Positions 38,868 through 58,165 are shown, counted from the first letter of the whole stretch. The stretch is DNA of 63,106 nucleotides, filler included, from Reticulomyxa filosa (GCA_000512085.1; 21 parts of 21 records of this genome joined end to end with filler, not necessarily neighbours in it); one strand, 5' to 3'. A program made the numbers and translations. Notes: generated from the letters alone by a model not told the origin.

Positions 38868-39704
38868 GTCAAAGGGAAAGGACTCCAGTTCAAACTCTTC
38901 GGCAAAGGTGATATCACCATTGTACTTGACGCGAATCCAATATCCCTGTCTAGGATCGAAACCAATGTGATCGAAGCGCACGTCCCACGAATACTTGTCC
39001 CACGGCTCATTTCTCGACTTTTTTTTAATCTTCAAATTTTCTGTCTCGGACATCAAATAACTCTTGTGGTCGCCCCTTTTTATTTTGAAGTCCGCTTTAC
39101 GGCATTTGCACACATACATACATATATATATGTATATGTATATATGTACATATATGTATATATGTTATATATATGTATATATTTATATATACATATATAT
39201 ATATTGTATGTAAGTTATGTCCATTACTTCCAAAAAAAAAAAAAAAAACATACAATAATGTTTATACATAAATAGAAACGAAACATTTTCGTTCGTATTC
39301 TTGGATGTCAATTGCATTGGTGAATTCGATTTGTGGCTCCCACTCGGGCACCCAGGGCTCTGGTTTTTGGATGGCAGGGTCCTCCTTTTGTTTTTCCACA
39401 TCCTTTTCCCACTTCAGATACGACTTCACCTCGTCGTGCGTGGCTAGCCACGTCAGATAGATGTGGAACTTCACGCGAAACAGCTCCTCCGTGGTGTCGA
39501 TGCCGCTCACACGTTTGATCTTCCCGTCGAAAAACACGATCCGCCGAATTGCTGGACTTTTCCCTTGATTTAAGGCCATGCGCTCCTTCTCACTGAATAA
39601 ATAGTTGCCTTGTGAATCCTTTTGTTGTTTTTTTTTATAAAAAAAAAAAAAAGGGGTCGTTTTGCAAACGCATAAAATGTTCAAAAGCACTCAATTTATA
39701 TACA

Positions 39705-39747
<43 letters not shown>

Positions 39748-40228
39748 ATTGAGTGCTTTTGAACCTTGGCAAAAGCATTGGTAGTGGGCAGCATGTCGAT
39801 AAAATCATCACTTTTGGTTTCGGCCAAATCCAATGAGAGCAAACCTCTGGGCACGATTATTGATGACGATGACTGTCTCGCTGTTTCGTCCGATGATATA
39901 ACGTCCTGTGGAAACACCGCACTCGTTTTTAGTAAACTCGAATTGCGCTTCATATGCATATCCGAACCGTCGTCTTTCCATCCTATAAACGCCTCCCTTT
40001 CTTTTTTTTTGTTCTCCGCGAAATGCACCTGGTGCAAATATCGCTTATGGTTCGATGGACAGTTGTCTTTTGCTTTTCCTATCGATTGCATAAGTCGAAG
40101 CGCTCTTGCTTGCTCCGACAGACTTGAACTTTTATTTGGTTTTCATTTCCATTTTTTGTTTTTGTTTATTTCTTTAGATGCCTTTTTTTAAAAAAAGAAG
40201 CTTGCCTTTCTGTTCGGTTGGTGTCCAT
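38868..40228 (-). CDS. Pentameric ligand-gated ion channel, Cys-less (Pro-loop) type, extracellular domain; 3' truncated
   Basis: IKRVSGIDTTEELFRVKFHIYLTW (beta1-2), WEPQIEFTNA (loop A) and NGDITFAEEFELESFPFD (Pro-loop without the flanking Cys pair). Confidence 0.8.
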
Positions 40229-40686
40229 GCTTATAAAACTGTTTTCAATAAGTGACTTCTCCTTTTCAGTCATTCTTGCCCAAAATAACCGCAAAGAACA
40301 ATTCGCAAGCTATTTGATTAGTTTCTTTTTATTTTATTCAAACGTGCAGCGGAGACCGTCCCGTTTTGAATACTTTCATAACTTCTTTGTAAATTGTCCA
40401 AACTACTTATTCAAAGGAATGAGAATTCTATTGTGCTGCTAAACTTTTGCAATGTTTGCGTTTGTGTATCAGTTTTTGTTTATTATTATCACTGATGCTT
40501 ATACATCTCATTATCAATAAATATTTTATATTTTCATTATGTGGAGATGGGTATCCAATCGTATTTTTAAATAAGTGTTTGCTAGGNNNNNNNNNNNNNN
40601 NNNNNNNNNNNNNNNNNNNNNNNNNNNNNNTTAATTAATTAANNNNNNNNNNNNNNNNNNNNNNNNNNNNNNNNNNNNNNNNNNNN

Positions 40687-42369
40687 CCGCGAACGAGTTG
40701 AAGCCATCCAGAAGGCAGTCCTATGAAAAACTTATCAAATCATTGAGTGGTTTTGAGTTGCAGTTGCAACAAGACTGTAACGATTTGGTTACCAATAAAC
40801 TACTTTGCAAGTTTACTTTTCATTTTCGTATTTCCATGGAATATATATATATATATATTTTTTTGTCTCCCATCGCAGTAAAAAAAAAAAAGTCTGACCA
40901 AATCTAAATCAAAGCAAAGGCAAACAAACAAAACAATAAAAAAAAAAAAAAAACAAAAAAAAAAAAGAATCAAATGGACACAATAAGCATTTGGAAGCAG
41001 AGCAAAAGCAAATATCGATGAGAGAGGAACTGAAGATGAAGCAAGCAAGACAATTTTTCGGCGAGGAGTATGTAGCAAAATATAAAAAAAAGAGTTCGAG
41101 CATTGCAATTATGGCTAACAGCAAGCACATGGCACAAAGAGATCTTCAGTACAAAAAGCACATTGTTATGCTGTACACGTTGAATATTGCATCGCTAAAA
41201 GATCAATGCCACTTTTATGTACAAGTTGAGAGAAAATATTCAAAAAGGGATTGAAGAGGAGAATATTGGCCAAAGTCCGTCTTTTCAAACCATTTCTCTA
41301 TTTACTTTATTTTTTTGTAGAAAGGTCATTGCTAAAAAACCCACAACTCATTACAAAAAGAAAAAGGGAAAACAAACAAAAAAATGCAGTAAATAAGTAA
41401 ACAATAATAAACAACGTGGAAAAAAAAAAAAAAAGAACCACATCAATGGAACAAAGCCCGCAACGAAAAAGGTCCCATTGAAGACAATTCGCAAGCGCTT
41501 GCAAGACATGAAAAAACATTGGAAGGCCATCAAAACGACGGCCAATTGTATGAGTGCAATGCTCGATATCCCGGAATCGAGTGCAGTCAACTTTCATCGA
41601 AACACGATTACAACTGTGTCCAAATATTTGGCCAAGCAAAGGTCCACTACTCTTTCTGGATCCGTTCAGCCACTGCATCCCAGTTTAAATCAGTAGAAAA
41701 AATACGCCTCTTGTTTTTTTGTAGTTTCACTTCGTTTTTTTTTTTTCCTTCCTCCCCCCCCCCCCTTTGCGCAAATCTAATCCTTCCTTCTCCGACTTTT
41801 GTTTTAGCACATAAAAGCACCCATAATGCAACAAAAAAAAAACAAACTTGTTTTTGTTTCATTTTTGTGTATTTGAGGAGACGAAAAAAACAATGCAATC
41901 ATGCTTGAAGCGAAAAAAGAAACCAAACTGTCGTCCCTTGTCGATACCAATGGAGCGCATATAGTCGATTCGGACCGGGTATTTGTGCTGAACATTAATT
42001 TGTTCTCTCCTCTTCCTGAGGGGAGGAAGGGGGAAAGAGAGAGAGAGAGAGTTTGATAGGATTACAACAAAAAAAAAAAAAAAGTGCAAGTGCTACTTTC
42101 AAACGAACCAAAACATAAACAAACAAACAAAAAAGATGGTTTTAAATCCCAATCCAAGTTCAAATTCCATTTCAGCTTCCATTGCCAATCTGACGTCGAA
42201 TATGGGAGATGTGATGACATCAACTGGCGATGACAGCGATGGCCAGTCAATGAACAAACTGGAAGATTTGCTAAATGCGGTTCAATGGGAACTGACAGCT
42301 CTTGAGAGGGAGAAGCACTTGACAAATGAAGTAATCGAGATGCCGTCTACAGTGAGAGATCTGTGTTTA
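40687..42369 (+). CDS. Internal exons of an unidentified coiled-coil-rich protein
   Basis: Several short coding-like exons (e.g. KTIRKRLQDMKKHWKAIK and KLEDLLNAVQWELTALEREK) separated by A-rich introns. Confidence 0.4.
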
Positions 42370-43824
42370 NNNNNNNNNNNNNNNNNNNNNNNNNNNNNNN
42401 NNNNNNNNNNNNNTTAATTAATTAANNNNNNNNNNNNNNNNNNNNNNNNNNNNNNNNNNNNNNNNNNNNCGTTGATCGATTTTGATATTGCAATTTTTAT
42501 GTGACTCATTGGCGTTTGAAGAAAAAAGAGGGAAAAACAACAAAACTATGTAAATAACAATGATATTAGGTTTGTTTTTTGTTGGAATGCTTTGTAACAG
42601 TTGTTATTGAAATTTATCAAGTCTTTGACTATTATTCAAAAGCTCTTCGTTGATCGATAAATACAGTCGAATACATAAATTCATTTCTTTAGTTGTCGTA
42701 TTGCAGAAAATATTGATTGAATGAAATGATATATATTTTTGTAATAAAATGAAATATTTCAATTAAAATATCGGCAAAATTAAATGCATATGTATATCAC
42801 AGTTATATGTATGATATATCCGTATAAGAAGATGGTAAAATCATAATAAATGAAGCAAGCATGAGCAAGGCAACATTAAAATGAGCATCAGTAGTAAAGC
42901 TATGAGTTAAAAAAGAGCACCCAATCAAAGAAAATTGGACCACTATTATCATTGTGTCGCGTTTGTCTGTCTTCCCGTGATTATGAAAGGTTTTTGCTTT
43001 TATTAATGTCAATAGCATTACCATCAACTGTATATGAGTTGTCAATGTGTGTTGTCACTTTTCTTTGTTTAACTTATTTGTTTTATTGGTTTGGTAACAT
43101 AAACAAAAAAATAAAATCATTGAAATATCGATCATTTCAAACATACCTCAACAGCATTTCCAAATGTTACAATACTTCCCTGTTGAATCCTCATCTCTCG
43201 CTCTCCAATCCTCCTGGGGATTTGCCCTCTTCTTCTTCTGAATATATTTTTTGCCTCAATTTCCCCGATTTTACCTTCTTGAAACCTATTGCATATGCTG
43301 CATTATCGCTTCGATTAAATTGGCTTGGATCGTACAGCGTGGGGCTTACTGTGGGTCTGTTTGGATTATCTTCGCCTAAGGTGCTACCGTTCGCAAGTAA
43401 CGGACGCAATTCCTTTTCTTCGGGCTCAACATCTGAATTCGACAACATGATACTTCGATAAGAGGCTAACCTTGGTTATCAATATTAAAAAACTCGTCCT
43501 TCTTTCTCTGTTTGTTTCTAGCAAACAACAAAAGATTATTTTGTTAAATCATAAAATAATAAAATATTTGTCATATTTCATCCTATTTTTACACTTTTTA
43601 CTGAAAAGTACAGTTATCAAACATTTTGTACAAAAAATTAGTGTTAGAAGTCATTTTTGGAATTAACTTTTACTTCATGATATAATTCTCTTGATGCTCC
43701 TGTTTGTCTTGAATTAATTATCACATTTCATGAAATTATATATTTTTTGTAAAAATGAAAAAATCAAAAAATTTCAATTAAAACATCAGCAAAATGTCTA
43801 ATAATTTCTTTATAATGATTTTTG

Positions 43825-44006
43825 AAAAAAAAAGAAGCTGGCAATATTATCTGCCAAAACGCTAGCCTGCCCCACAGTCTTAATGTCAGCCGTACAGTTA
43901 AGTACGACCAGACAAGCTCCGGTAAGGGATCCAGATAACACAACCAACTCTTGTTGTACTACCATTGAGGTAGTACAAAACCTGATTATGTCCTTAGTTC
44001 GTTACC
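43825..44006 (-). ncRNA. Candidate structured non-coding RNA (unidentified)
   Basis: GC-richer island with a perfect 10-bp stem, three further helices that need G-U pairs on the minus strand, a terminal hairpin and a T9 run. No ORF. Confidence 0.45.
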
Positions 44007-44483
44007 TTTTATAAATTTTCATGTTCCACACATCTTTTTATTTTTTTAAACAGAAAGCTAATGAATTTTGTTGAATTCTCTTTACAAACTTTTCTTAAAA
44101 CGGGGGTTAGTACAAGGTTCGCTTTGGACAACATAAATATAAATTTCTTTAAAGATTATTTTAGGAAAAAAAGGAATTGCTGAACGTTTGTTGATGTTTT
44201 AATTGAAAAAAATGTTTTCATTTTATTACAAAAATATATATCATTTCAAAAAAAAAAAAAAAATTAAAAAAGCATATGCTATTGCATGGACTGACAGTTT
44301 CAGTTTCGCTCAAACAACAAGGCGCCAAATGTAAAAGTTGAAATTTAACTCGAACTTCAATTTCACTTGAAAACAGCACACCCNNNNNNNNNNNNNNNNN
44401 NNNNNNNNNNNNNNNNNNNNNNNNNNNTTAATTAATTAANNNNNNNNNNNNNNNNNNNNNNNNNNNNNNNNNNNNNNNNNNNN

Positions 44484-44985
44484 CACAATTTGTTCTGGAT
44501 CATTTGATAATACCATTCGAATATTGGATATTGAAACAATAAAACAATTGAATGTGTTCAAATTACATACAAATTGGATTAGAAGTGTAAAATATGGATC
44601 AAATGAATTATTAAATACAATATTATCTGGATCAGAAGATAATACTGTTCGTTTGTGGGATATTCGATCTAATAAACAAATTCAAGTATTCAATGGACAT
44701 ACAGATTGTGTATTGTCTGCTGAATATTCACCATTTGTAATAAAGAATCGTATCGGTTATTCAAATGTGATATGTTCTGGATCATGGGATAATACAATTC
44801 GATTTTGGGATATTCGATCAAATAAGAAAGCATTGTATATGATCAAAGGAGATGAGAAAATAGATGATGGAATAATTTGTCTTAAATTTATTGAATTGAA
44901 AAAGAAAAATAAGACAAATGATGTCAAATATGATTTGACTTTGTGTTATGGCTCATGCAAAGGGCCTATTCGTATTTGGAGATAA
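44484..44985 (+). CDS. C-terminus of a WD40-repeat protein, paralog of 10782-11288
   Basis: Same motifs (ILSGSEDNTVRLWDIRS, ICSGSWDNTIRFWDIRS, LCYGSCKGPIRIWR*) and visible nucleotide similarity. Confidence 0.9.
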
Positions 44986-45249
44986 TTTATTTTTTGTTGA
45001 ACAAGAAATGAAAGTGTTTTTGTTTGAAAAGTTTAAATAAAGGAAAAGTAAGTTTATATTAAACTCGTTTGATTTGATTGAGCGCAATCATTGAAAGATG
45101 TGTTTTATCTTACTTTGTTGCTTAAAAAAGCTTCGTTCAATATTTTTTGAAGAATTGAAAGTCATAATAAATAAAAATTATATCCAAATATCAAAATAAA
45201 TTGCAAAAGATGTTAACCATTGACTTATGACAGTTATTAATTTTTTGAC

Positions 45250-46000
45250 AATTCTCTCCTGCAATCAGTGCTTTATTCATATCTTCATATTGTTTTCCAT
45301 CGCTTGCCCAAACACTTACATATTTCATTACCATGTATGTCTATTTTCTCCTTTCCAATCAGATCCAAAAAACAGCAAATATATTTCATTATTATCTTTG
45401 TAATTATTATCTATGTCTAGTCTAACATGACTTGGATAATTACAGGTAAATTTGTATTTGTTTTTGATTGTACTTTGTTGATAACCTCCACAAATGATGA
45501 TTTCGTATTTGTGTAGCACACATTGAGATTGAGAAAGTGAAGTAAGAATATGTTGACTTTGTTTCGTTTGTCTTTTGAAAGGTTTTTGTGTTGTAGTCCA
45601 ATTTCCCATGTTATTGGTGTTGCTGAATTTTTTGATTTTTAACCATTTTATACGAATATTTTATAATGTCAAAAACATTGAGAATGTCCTTTCAATATTT
45701 GTATTTTCTTTCCTGATTTTGCATTCCATAATCGAATTGTATTATTTAATGGATATGATATAATAAATTTACTATCTGGAGAAAATTTTGTACGTGTTCA
45801 TGTATAAATTACTTATTAATTATTTGTTAATATTTTAAAAAAAATTTAAAAGTAAACTTACCAATTTAAAGTTTTTTATTCGTCCATTTACTTATTTTTG
45901 TGTTCATATGAATTGGTTTAATATGTATACTTTCTCCAATAATATGTATATAAGTTTTATCTTCATTCAACATCCCAAAACAACTACTCAATGAAGTATG
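45250..46000 (-). pseudogene. Two fragments of Kelch-like beta-propeller genes
   Basis: SQSQCVLHKYEIIICGG..YKFTCNYPSHVRL..LLFFGS..HT(fs)MKYVSVW at 45609-45300, and a C-terminal piece CFGMLNEDKTYIHIIG at ~45990-45930. Contains deletions and stops. Confidence 0.6.
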
Positions 46001-46203
46001 CAAAATATATTTATATTGAACAATGAAAAATAAAAAATGTAATAAAACATTTATCACTAAAAGATCAAATATCAAGAGTATAAAAAATGTTACAAGATGA
46101 ACATAGAACTGCATCACATATAAAATCAAGAGTAAATCGTGTATCAGTATTATCAGCAATAACAAGTGCAAGAGAAGATTAAAATTATATAATAAAGAAC
46201 CTA

Positions 46204-46235
46204 CAGTAGGTTGCAAAGAAAACTGAACGCCTAAA
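46204..46235 (+). mobile_element. Terminus of the TA|CAGTAGG element
   Basis: TA|CAGTAGGTTGCAAAGAAAACTGAACGCCTAAA runs into the contig end. Confidence 0.8.
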
Positions 46236-46361
46236 NNNNNNNNNNNNNNNNNNNNNNNNNNNNNNNNNNNNNNNNNNNNTTAATTAATTAANNNNNNNNN
46301 NNNNNNNNNNNNNNNNNNNNNNNNNNNNNNNNNNNAAAAAAAAAAATGCGGTCAAGCATAC

Positions 46362-46413
46362 CAGAATCTCCAATGAGCAATAATTTGAATAAATAGTCGT
46401 ACTCTGCGCTCAT
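46362..46413 (-). CDS. RAB1: Rab1/Ypt1 small GTPase, exon 1
   Basis: MSAEYDYLFKLLLIGDS(G) followed by a GTATGC donor. Confidence 0.85.
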
Positions 46414-46977
46414 GATTATCTGAGTTGTTCCTTTATGTAAAAAAATGTGTGGAAATGAACCAGATACAACACAACCACTAAACAAAAAGCGCACAAGTCC
46501 CTTTGAGGGACCTAGACTCTCTAAACGCGCAACAAAACAAAGCAAAGATCAAACATGGCAATGTAAGCCAAAAAAAAATCAACAGTTGTATTTTAAAAAA
46601 TAATGATGCTTGTTTTTACTTTAAAAGTCAAGGATAAAAAATGAATTGCTAGCTTGATCCAAGTGACTTGACAATGATCTTTTTTGTAAGTGAAAGTACA
46701 GTTTTTCGAGACATACAAATTGATGATTCGATGGCTTTGTTGCATTTAAACTTTCAAAAATTCGATTTTGTTGAAACTAGTTGCATTGCTCACAGAAAAA
46801 GAATGTGTAAGAGATATCAATTATGCATTGGCTCATATTTGCTCTTTTAAAAAAATTTTGTTGGATTTTTGAAAAAAATTTAACAAACAAATAAGACATT
46901 GAAATAGTATATGAGAAGAGCCATTGTTTGATTTACGTTGGTTTGATTATTGTTGACAATAATTCGGTCAAAGCAGT

Positions 46978-47780
46978 TCACTGAGCGGCAAATGATACTT
47001 GCATCGTGTGACCCCGTAAATTAAGGCCGTGCAACATTTCAAGAGCAGGTGCAGAACGAAACGCATCAACAAAATCGACAAACGCAATTCCAGGCTTTGA
47101 TTCGATTAAGCGAACACGTTCAAATCCTTGATACCTTTTTTTTTTTTTTTTGTAACAGACAGACACACAAACATTTTATTCAACTAATGTCTCAGGGGCA
47201 CGAAAGAAAAACAAAACAAAGTGTAGACACGACAAAAAAAAGACAAACTGTTGAAAAATCATGACGAGTTCGGTGTGCGTGGTATCCCATGGTAAACCCT
47301 CCAAGAAAAGGGTTTTATTTGGAGGTAGTTGTCGACGGGGAATTGTTCTTTTTCGAGTGTTCGAGTTATTGTTTTCTTGATTTTTTCGAAAGCCCTTTTC
47401 TTTCTCTCTGTCCGTCGTGTTCATGGCACTGTCACTACCACCAGGATGAGTATCGGACATTTTCATATCTCCGTCCATTTCCTTCATTGTTTCCATTCCG
47501 TTATTATCATTTTCCTTTTCTTTATCTTTATCCTTGCCTTTCTTTTTTCTTTTTTTCTTCTTTTTTTGATTTTCATTTTTTGCCTTTTTGGACTCTTTTT
47601 TATTTATTTGTTTTGTTTTTTTTTTTTTTGTATTCTCCTTCGCTCAATCAAACAACAACAACAAAAAAAAAACAGTTAAGTTCCGACAAACTTTTCTTTT
47701 TTTCTGGTCGAACGCGTTCTGGCAGTTGTTTTCCATCTCTTCTTAAAGTGGCGTCAGAAACATTCAAAGAAAATGCTACC
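46978..47780 (-). CDS. U1A/U2B''/SNF spliceosomal RRM protein, 3' exons
   Basis: VAFSLNVSDATLRRDG (end of RRM1), a linker, then PPNKTLFLEGLP..IFQQ|YQGFERVRLIESKPGIAFVDF..LHGLNL..MQVSFA (RRM2). Intron 47135-47248. Confidence 0.88.
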
Positions 47781-48023
47781 CTCTTGTTTTATTATTGTTT
47801 GATGAGTCGACATTGTATTTATGACAGAGAGAGAGAGAGAAAGAATAAAGAAAGAACAGGCAATAAAAAGACCACGTTTTTGTCATTATCCAAAGATGGC
47901 ATATATACACATATATATATGTANNNNNNNNNNNNNNNNNNNNNNNNNNNNNNNNNNNNNNNNNNNNTTAATTAATTAANNNNNNNNNNNNNNNNNNNNN
48001 NNNNNNNNNNNNNNNNNNNNNNN

Positions 48024-48517
48024 ACATTTGGCGAAGACATAATGAAATGATTTCCGATCGTACTACTGTGAAACGTGGTGGAAGCATGATGATTTGAGGA
48101 TGCATGTGGGCAAAAGGAGTCAGTGATGATGTTAAAATCACAGTAACTGTTAACTCTTAGTTGTATAAAGAGATTATCGCTGACGAAATGTGGAACTTTC
48201 GTCAATATTGTATCGAAGAAAATTATTATGAGTACTTTATCTTTCAGCAAGACAATGCATCTTGTCAAGTCAAACTCAACTATGGAATTTTTGGAGAATC
48301 ATCGAATAGCGTTCTTAGAACATTCTCCGAGAATATATGGCAAATTATAAGATAAAAGTCAATCAAAACCATGATGTTAAATCTTTGGAGCAGCTTTGTG
48401 ATGTGTTTGAGAAAGAATAGGAAGATATTGACAAAGATATTTTTAGAACGTTAGTGGAATCCATGCATGATATAATAAAAGCTTTGATCAAGCAAGGGGT
48501 GGGCATACGAAATATTA
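48024..48517 (+). mobile_element. Decayed Tc1-family (DD34E) transposase
   Basis: TVKRGGSMMI*GC..KGV, FIFQQDNA, ENIWQII and LVESM...ALIK.G follow the Tc1 consensus TVKHGGGSVMVWGC/FQQDNAP/IENLW/LV.SM..R..AVI..GG.TKY. Contains stops. Confidence 0.88.
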
Positions 48518-49609
48518 ATAATTGTTGTTGGTGTTTTTTATTTGTAACGGTAGTTATTATATATCTACTGTGAAAGCATCTTCTCGTAAATAATTTTGTA
48601 AAAAGCAAATACATTCTGCTACATACATCAAGGTGGATATAGTGCCTAAATTACAATCATTTTTGAAATTTTTTTTCTTCAAATAACTTTTCTAAATTTT
48701 TGTTTATTGTTTTTACAAACTACTTATAAAAGTGTAAACGTATATCCAGTAAACCAGAAAAATCATCAAAATTTGCTACTCAAATTTTTGTTAGAAATAC
48801 AAAAAGTTCATATTTTAGGTTTGTCTAATTTTTTTTGTCGCAACTGTACGATGCTTCTTTTACTCAAATAAAACGTTTTTAAATTAAATGATTAATATTA
48901 TTTGCATAATATGTTAAAAATAAATTTTTATGTTTTCCAGCAATCACTAACAATCGATTTGGAAATTAAAATCCCAATGAATGTGCCAATATACCACATT
49001 ACACAATAGTGTATAATAGTTTTTGAAGAAGAATGAAAATAATCTGTATCAGTATTTTCATTCTGATTCAGGTTCATCGGATTTATATATTTACTTTCAT
49101 TTAAATTTGATATTTTTTCTTTTGCGTACCGTTTCATGTTCCATAATCCAAGTATATTTATTTAGTTGGTGTTTTTATTCGATCAGGTTCTGAAGTGATT
49201 ATTTACATGCAGTGAAAAAAATCAAAATATTTGTTTTTCCCTTTGTGACGCAAAGTTGGGATACAATGTACTTATTCAGAGAATTCTTAGAGGTTACAAA
49301 TTAGTTTGGGATCATCATTATTTTAGAATCAAGCTGCTGTTTGCACGCAAATAATTCAACAACTTTTGGATCACCAAATGCAAAAGGAAAGGAAAATTAT
49401 GTTTCCAAAACTCAAAAAAGTGTTGTATTTAGAGGGCCACATTTAAAAAAGTTTGTTACACAAAATTTCGAGACAAAGTAACCTTTTTGATTTTCAAGCG
49501 CGCAAAAGTTATTGAAGACAATAGTTTTAAGCTTGCATCCATAATTTTGATGTTTTCAATGTTACAATGGAGAGAAGAAAAAAAATTAAAAAAATATGAA
49601 AAATGAAAA

Positions 49610-56362
<6,753 letters not shown>

Positions 56363-56365
56363 CTA

Positions 56366-56404
<39 letters not shown>

Positions 56405-56508
56405 AAAANNNNNNNNNNNNNNNNNNNNNNNNNNNNNNNNNNNNNNNNNNNNTTAATTAATTAANNNNNNNNNNNNNNNNNNNNNNNNNNNNNNNNNNNN
56501 NNNNNNNN

Positions 56509-56551
<43 letters not shown>

Positions 56552-56575
56552 GGTTATATGTATACGTTTGACAGA

Positions 56576-57084
56576 GTATCAATGGGAGTGATTGTGAAAG
56601 TCAATTGGATCAAAACCAATTTCAGGTGTTCAATATACATTGTTATTTATTTGTTTAAGTTTGTTCTCTCTTTCAAAAAAAAAAAAAAAAAAAAACAATA
56701 AACAATAAATAAAACAGTTGACCCCTTCTTTTTGGTGTGATGTTCCTTCTTTACTTGAAACAGCCGTATCATGTGTCTCCCAGTCATATGCAAACCTTCT
56801 CTCCGTATGACAGTAACTTTGCGCTGTTGTCTCCGGTCAATCACAATTCTCTTTGGCTGTCACCCAACAGCAAGCAAATGTTTGATGGCGGATCTGTTCA
56901 TACCAATTCAAATACTTTCAATTTCTCTGCACCTTCTCCTATGATCTTGAGTGCAAATTCCACCAACGGGGTTGATGCAATCAACTCGTCCCCATTGATG
57001 GTCCAAGGCCAAAGTCAGATTTCCAAATTTACCACAGCTTTGCCTATCCCGTCCACACCGCCAATTGTTGATTATGCACTTTGA
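56576..57084 (+). CDS. Ser/Pro-rich C-terminal exons of an unidentified protein
   Basis: Coding-like exon QPYHVSPSHMQTFSP...PPIVDYAL* after an AG acceptor. Confidence 0.4.
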
Positions 57085-58099
57085 ACTGCCGTAAAAAAGA
57101 AAAAGGAGTTCATATTCACTCAATAAAGGCGATCAAAAAAAAAACAACATTGCATGTGAGTAAATTTTAATAATGGATTATTTTCAATAAAAAAAAAAAT
57201 AATTTTTTTTTTTGTTGTGCGTGTACGTTCTTTCTATGTGTAATTGTCACAATGGAAAAAAAGTTTCGTGTATTCCTCGAACTAATGAACTGCAAAAGTA
57301 AAGTATGCTTCACCACGTAAATATTTTTTTTTTTTTTTGCTCAGTATTAATTTTAATGCAGGTTTTGATGTTTCATCTTTTTATTCGTACAATTTGTGTG
57401 AGAATTGGATATTACAATTTGGTACGCATTCAAAAAAAAAAAAGAAGAAAATTTGCTTTTTTAAATTGCATAACATTGTTGAAAGCAATGCTAGTAATGT
57501 AGCTATATCCTCGTTGTATTTAATTTTTTGATTGCACAAAGCCATACTAAAAGTAGAAAAGTCACAATGAAACATTGAAACACTTTTTAAGCTTCTTTTT
57601 TAAACAAATTTCTATTCTTTATCGGTTTTTTGTCGAGCTCATTTAAGTTTCTATTGAAATTTTCTCAGAAGAGTAAAACTTTGGTATTATTTTTTCTGGA
57701 AAAAAAGTCATGGTCAGATGTTGCTATGATATGCACTTCAAAACCCTTTTGTAAACAATAACAACTGTTAATTAATATTTATGATATTTACTGTCCAAAA
57801 AAATATCCAAAAGAATTGAAAATTTGCTGGGATTGGGCATTGTGCATTGCAGAGAAGATTGAACAACCATTAAAAAAATCAATAATGCCAATAGAATCAA
57901 AATACTTTGATAAAATGGAAGTAAAATTTAACAAATAGTCATAATTGTTTTCAATGCGAAAATAAAGAATTTCAATACAATTTGTTCGAAAACAATTTAA
58001 AAAATGTAAAATGAAACATTGTTTTTATTGTATCTTGTTTGTGACTGAATCAGTCAAAAGAAGAAAAGATCAAATCATTATCCAACGTTGATTGATGAT

Positions 58100-58165
58100 A
58101 ATGATATACAATTTGTTCTGGATCAGTTGATGAAAGTGTTAGTGTATGGGATATTCGATCAATAA
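58100..58165 (+). pseudogene. Remnant of the same WD40 family
   Basis: TICSGSVDESVSVWDIRS; DNA similar to 10785-10830 and 10930-10972. Confidence 0.55.

Noticed and set aside
42470-43448. Minus-strand membrane-protein-like gene
   Set aside because: Frames are broken and no family could be assigned; possibly a pseudogene.
47289-47975. 228-aa Phe-rich plus-strand ORF and similar antisense ORFs over the BEACH, USP and FAN genes
   Set aside because: These are shadows of real opposite-strand exons and T-rich introns.
57850-57862. CAGAGAAGATT resembling the U6 snRNA ACAGAGA box
   Set aside because: The following AGCATGGCCCCTG and the rest of U6 are absent.
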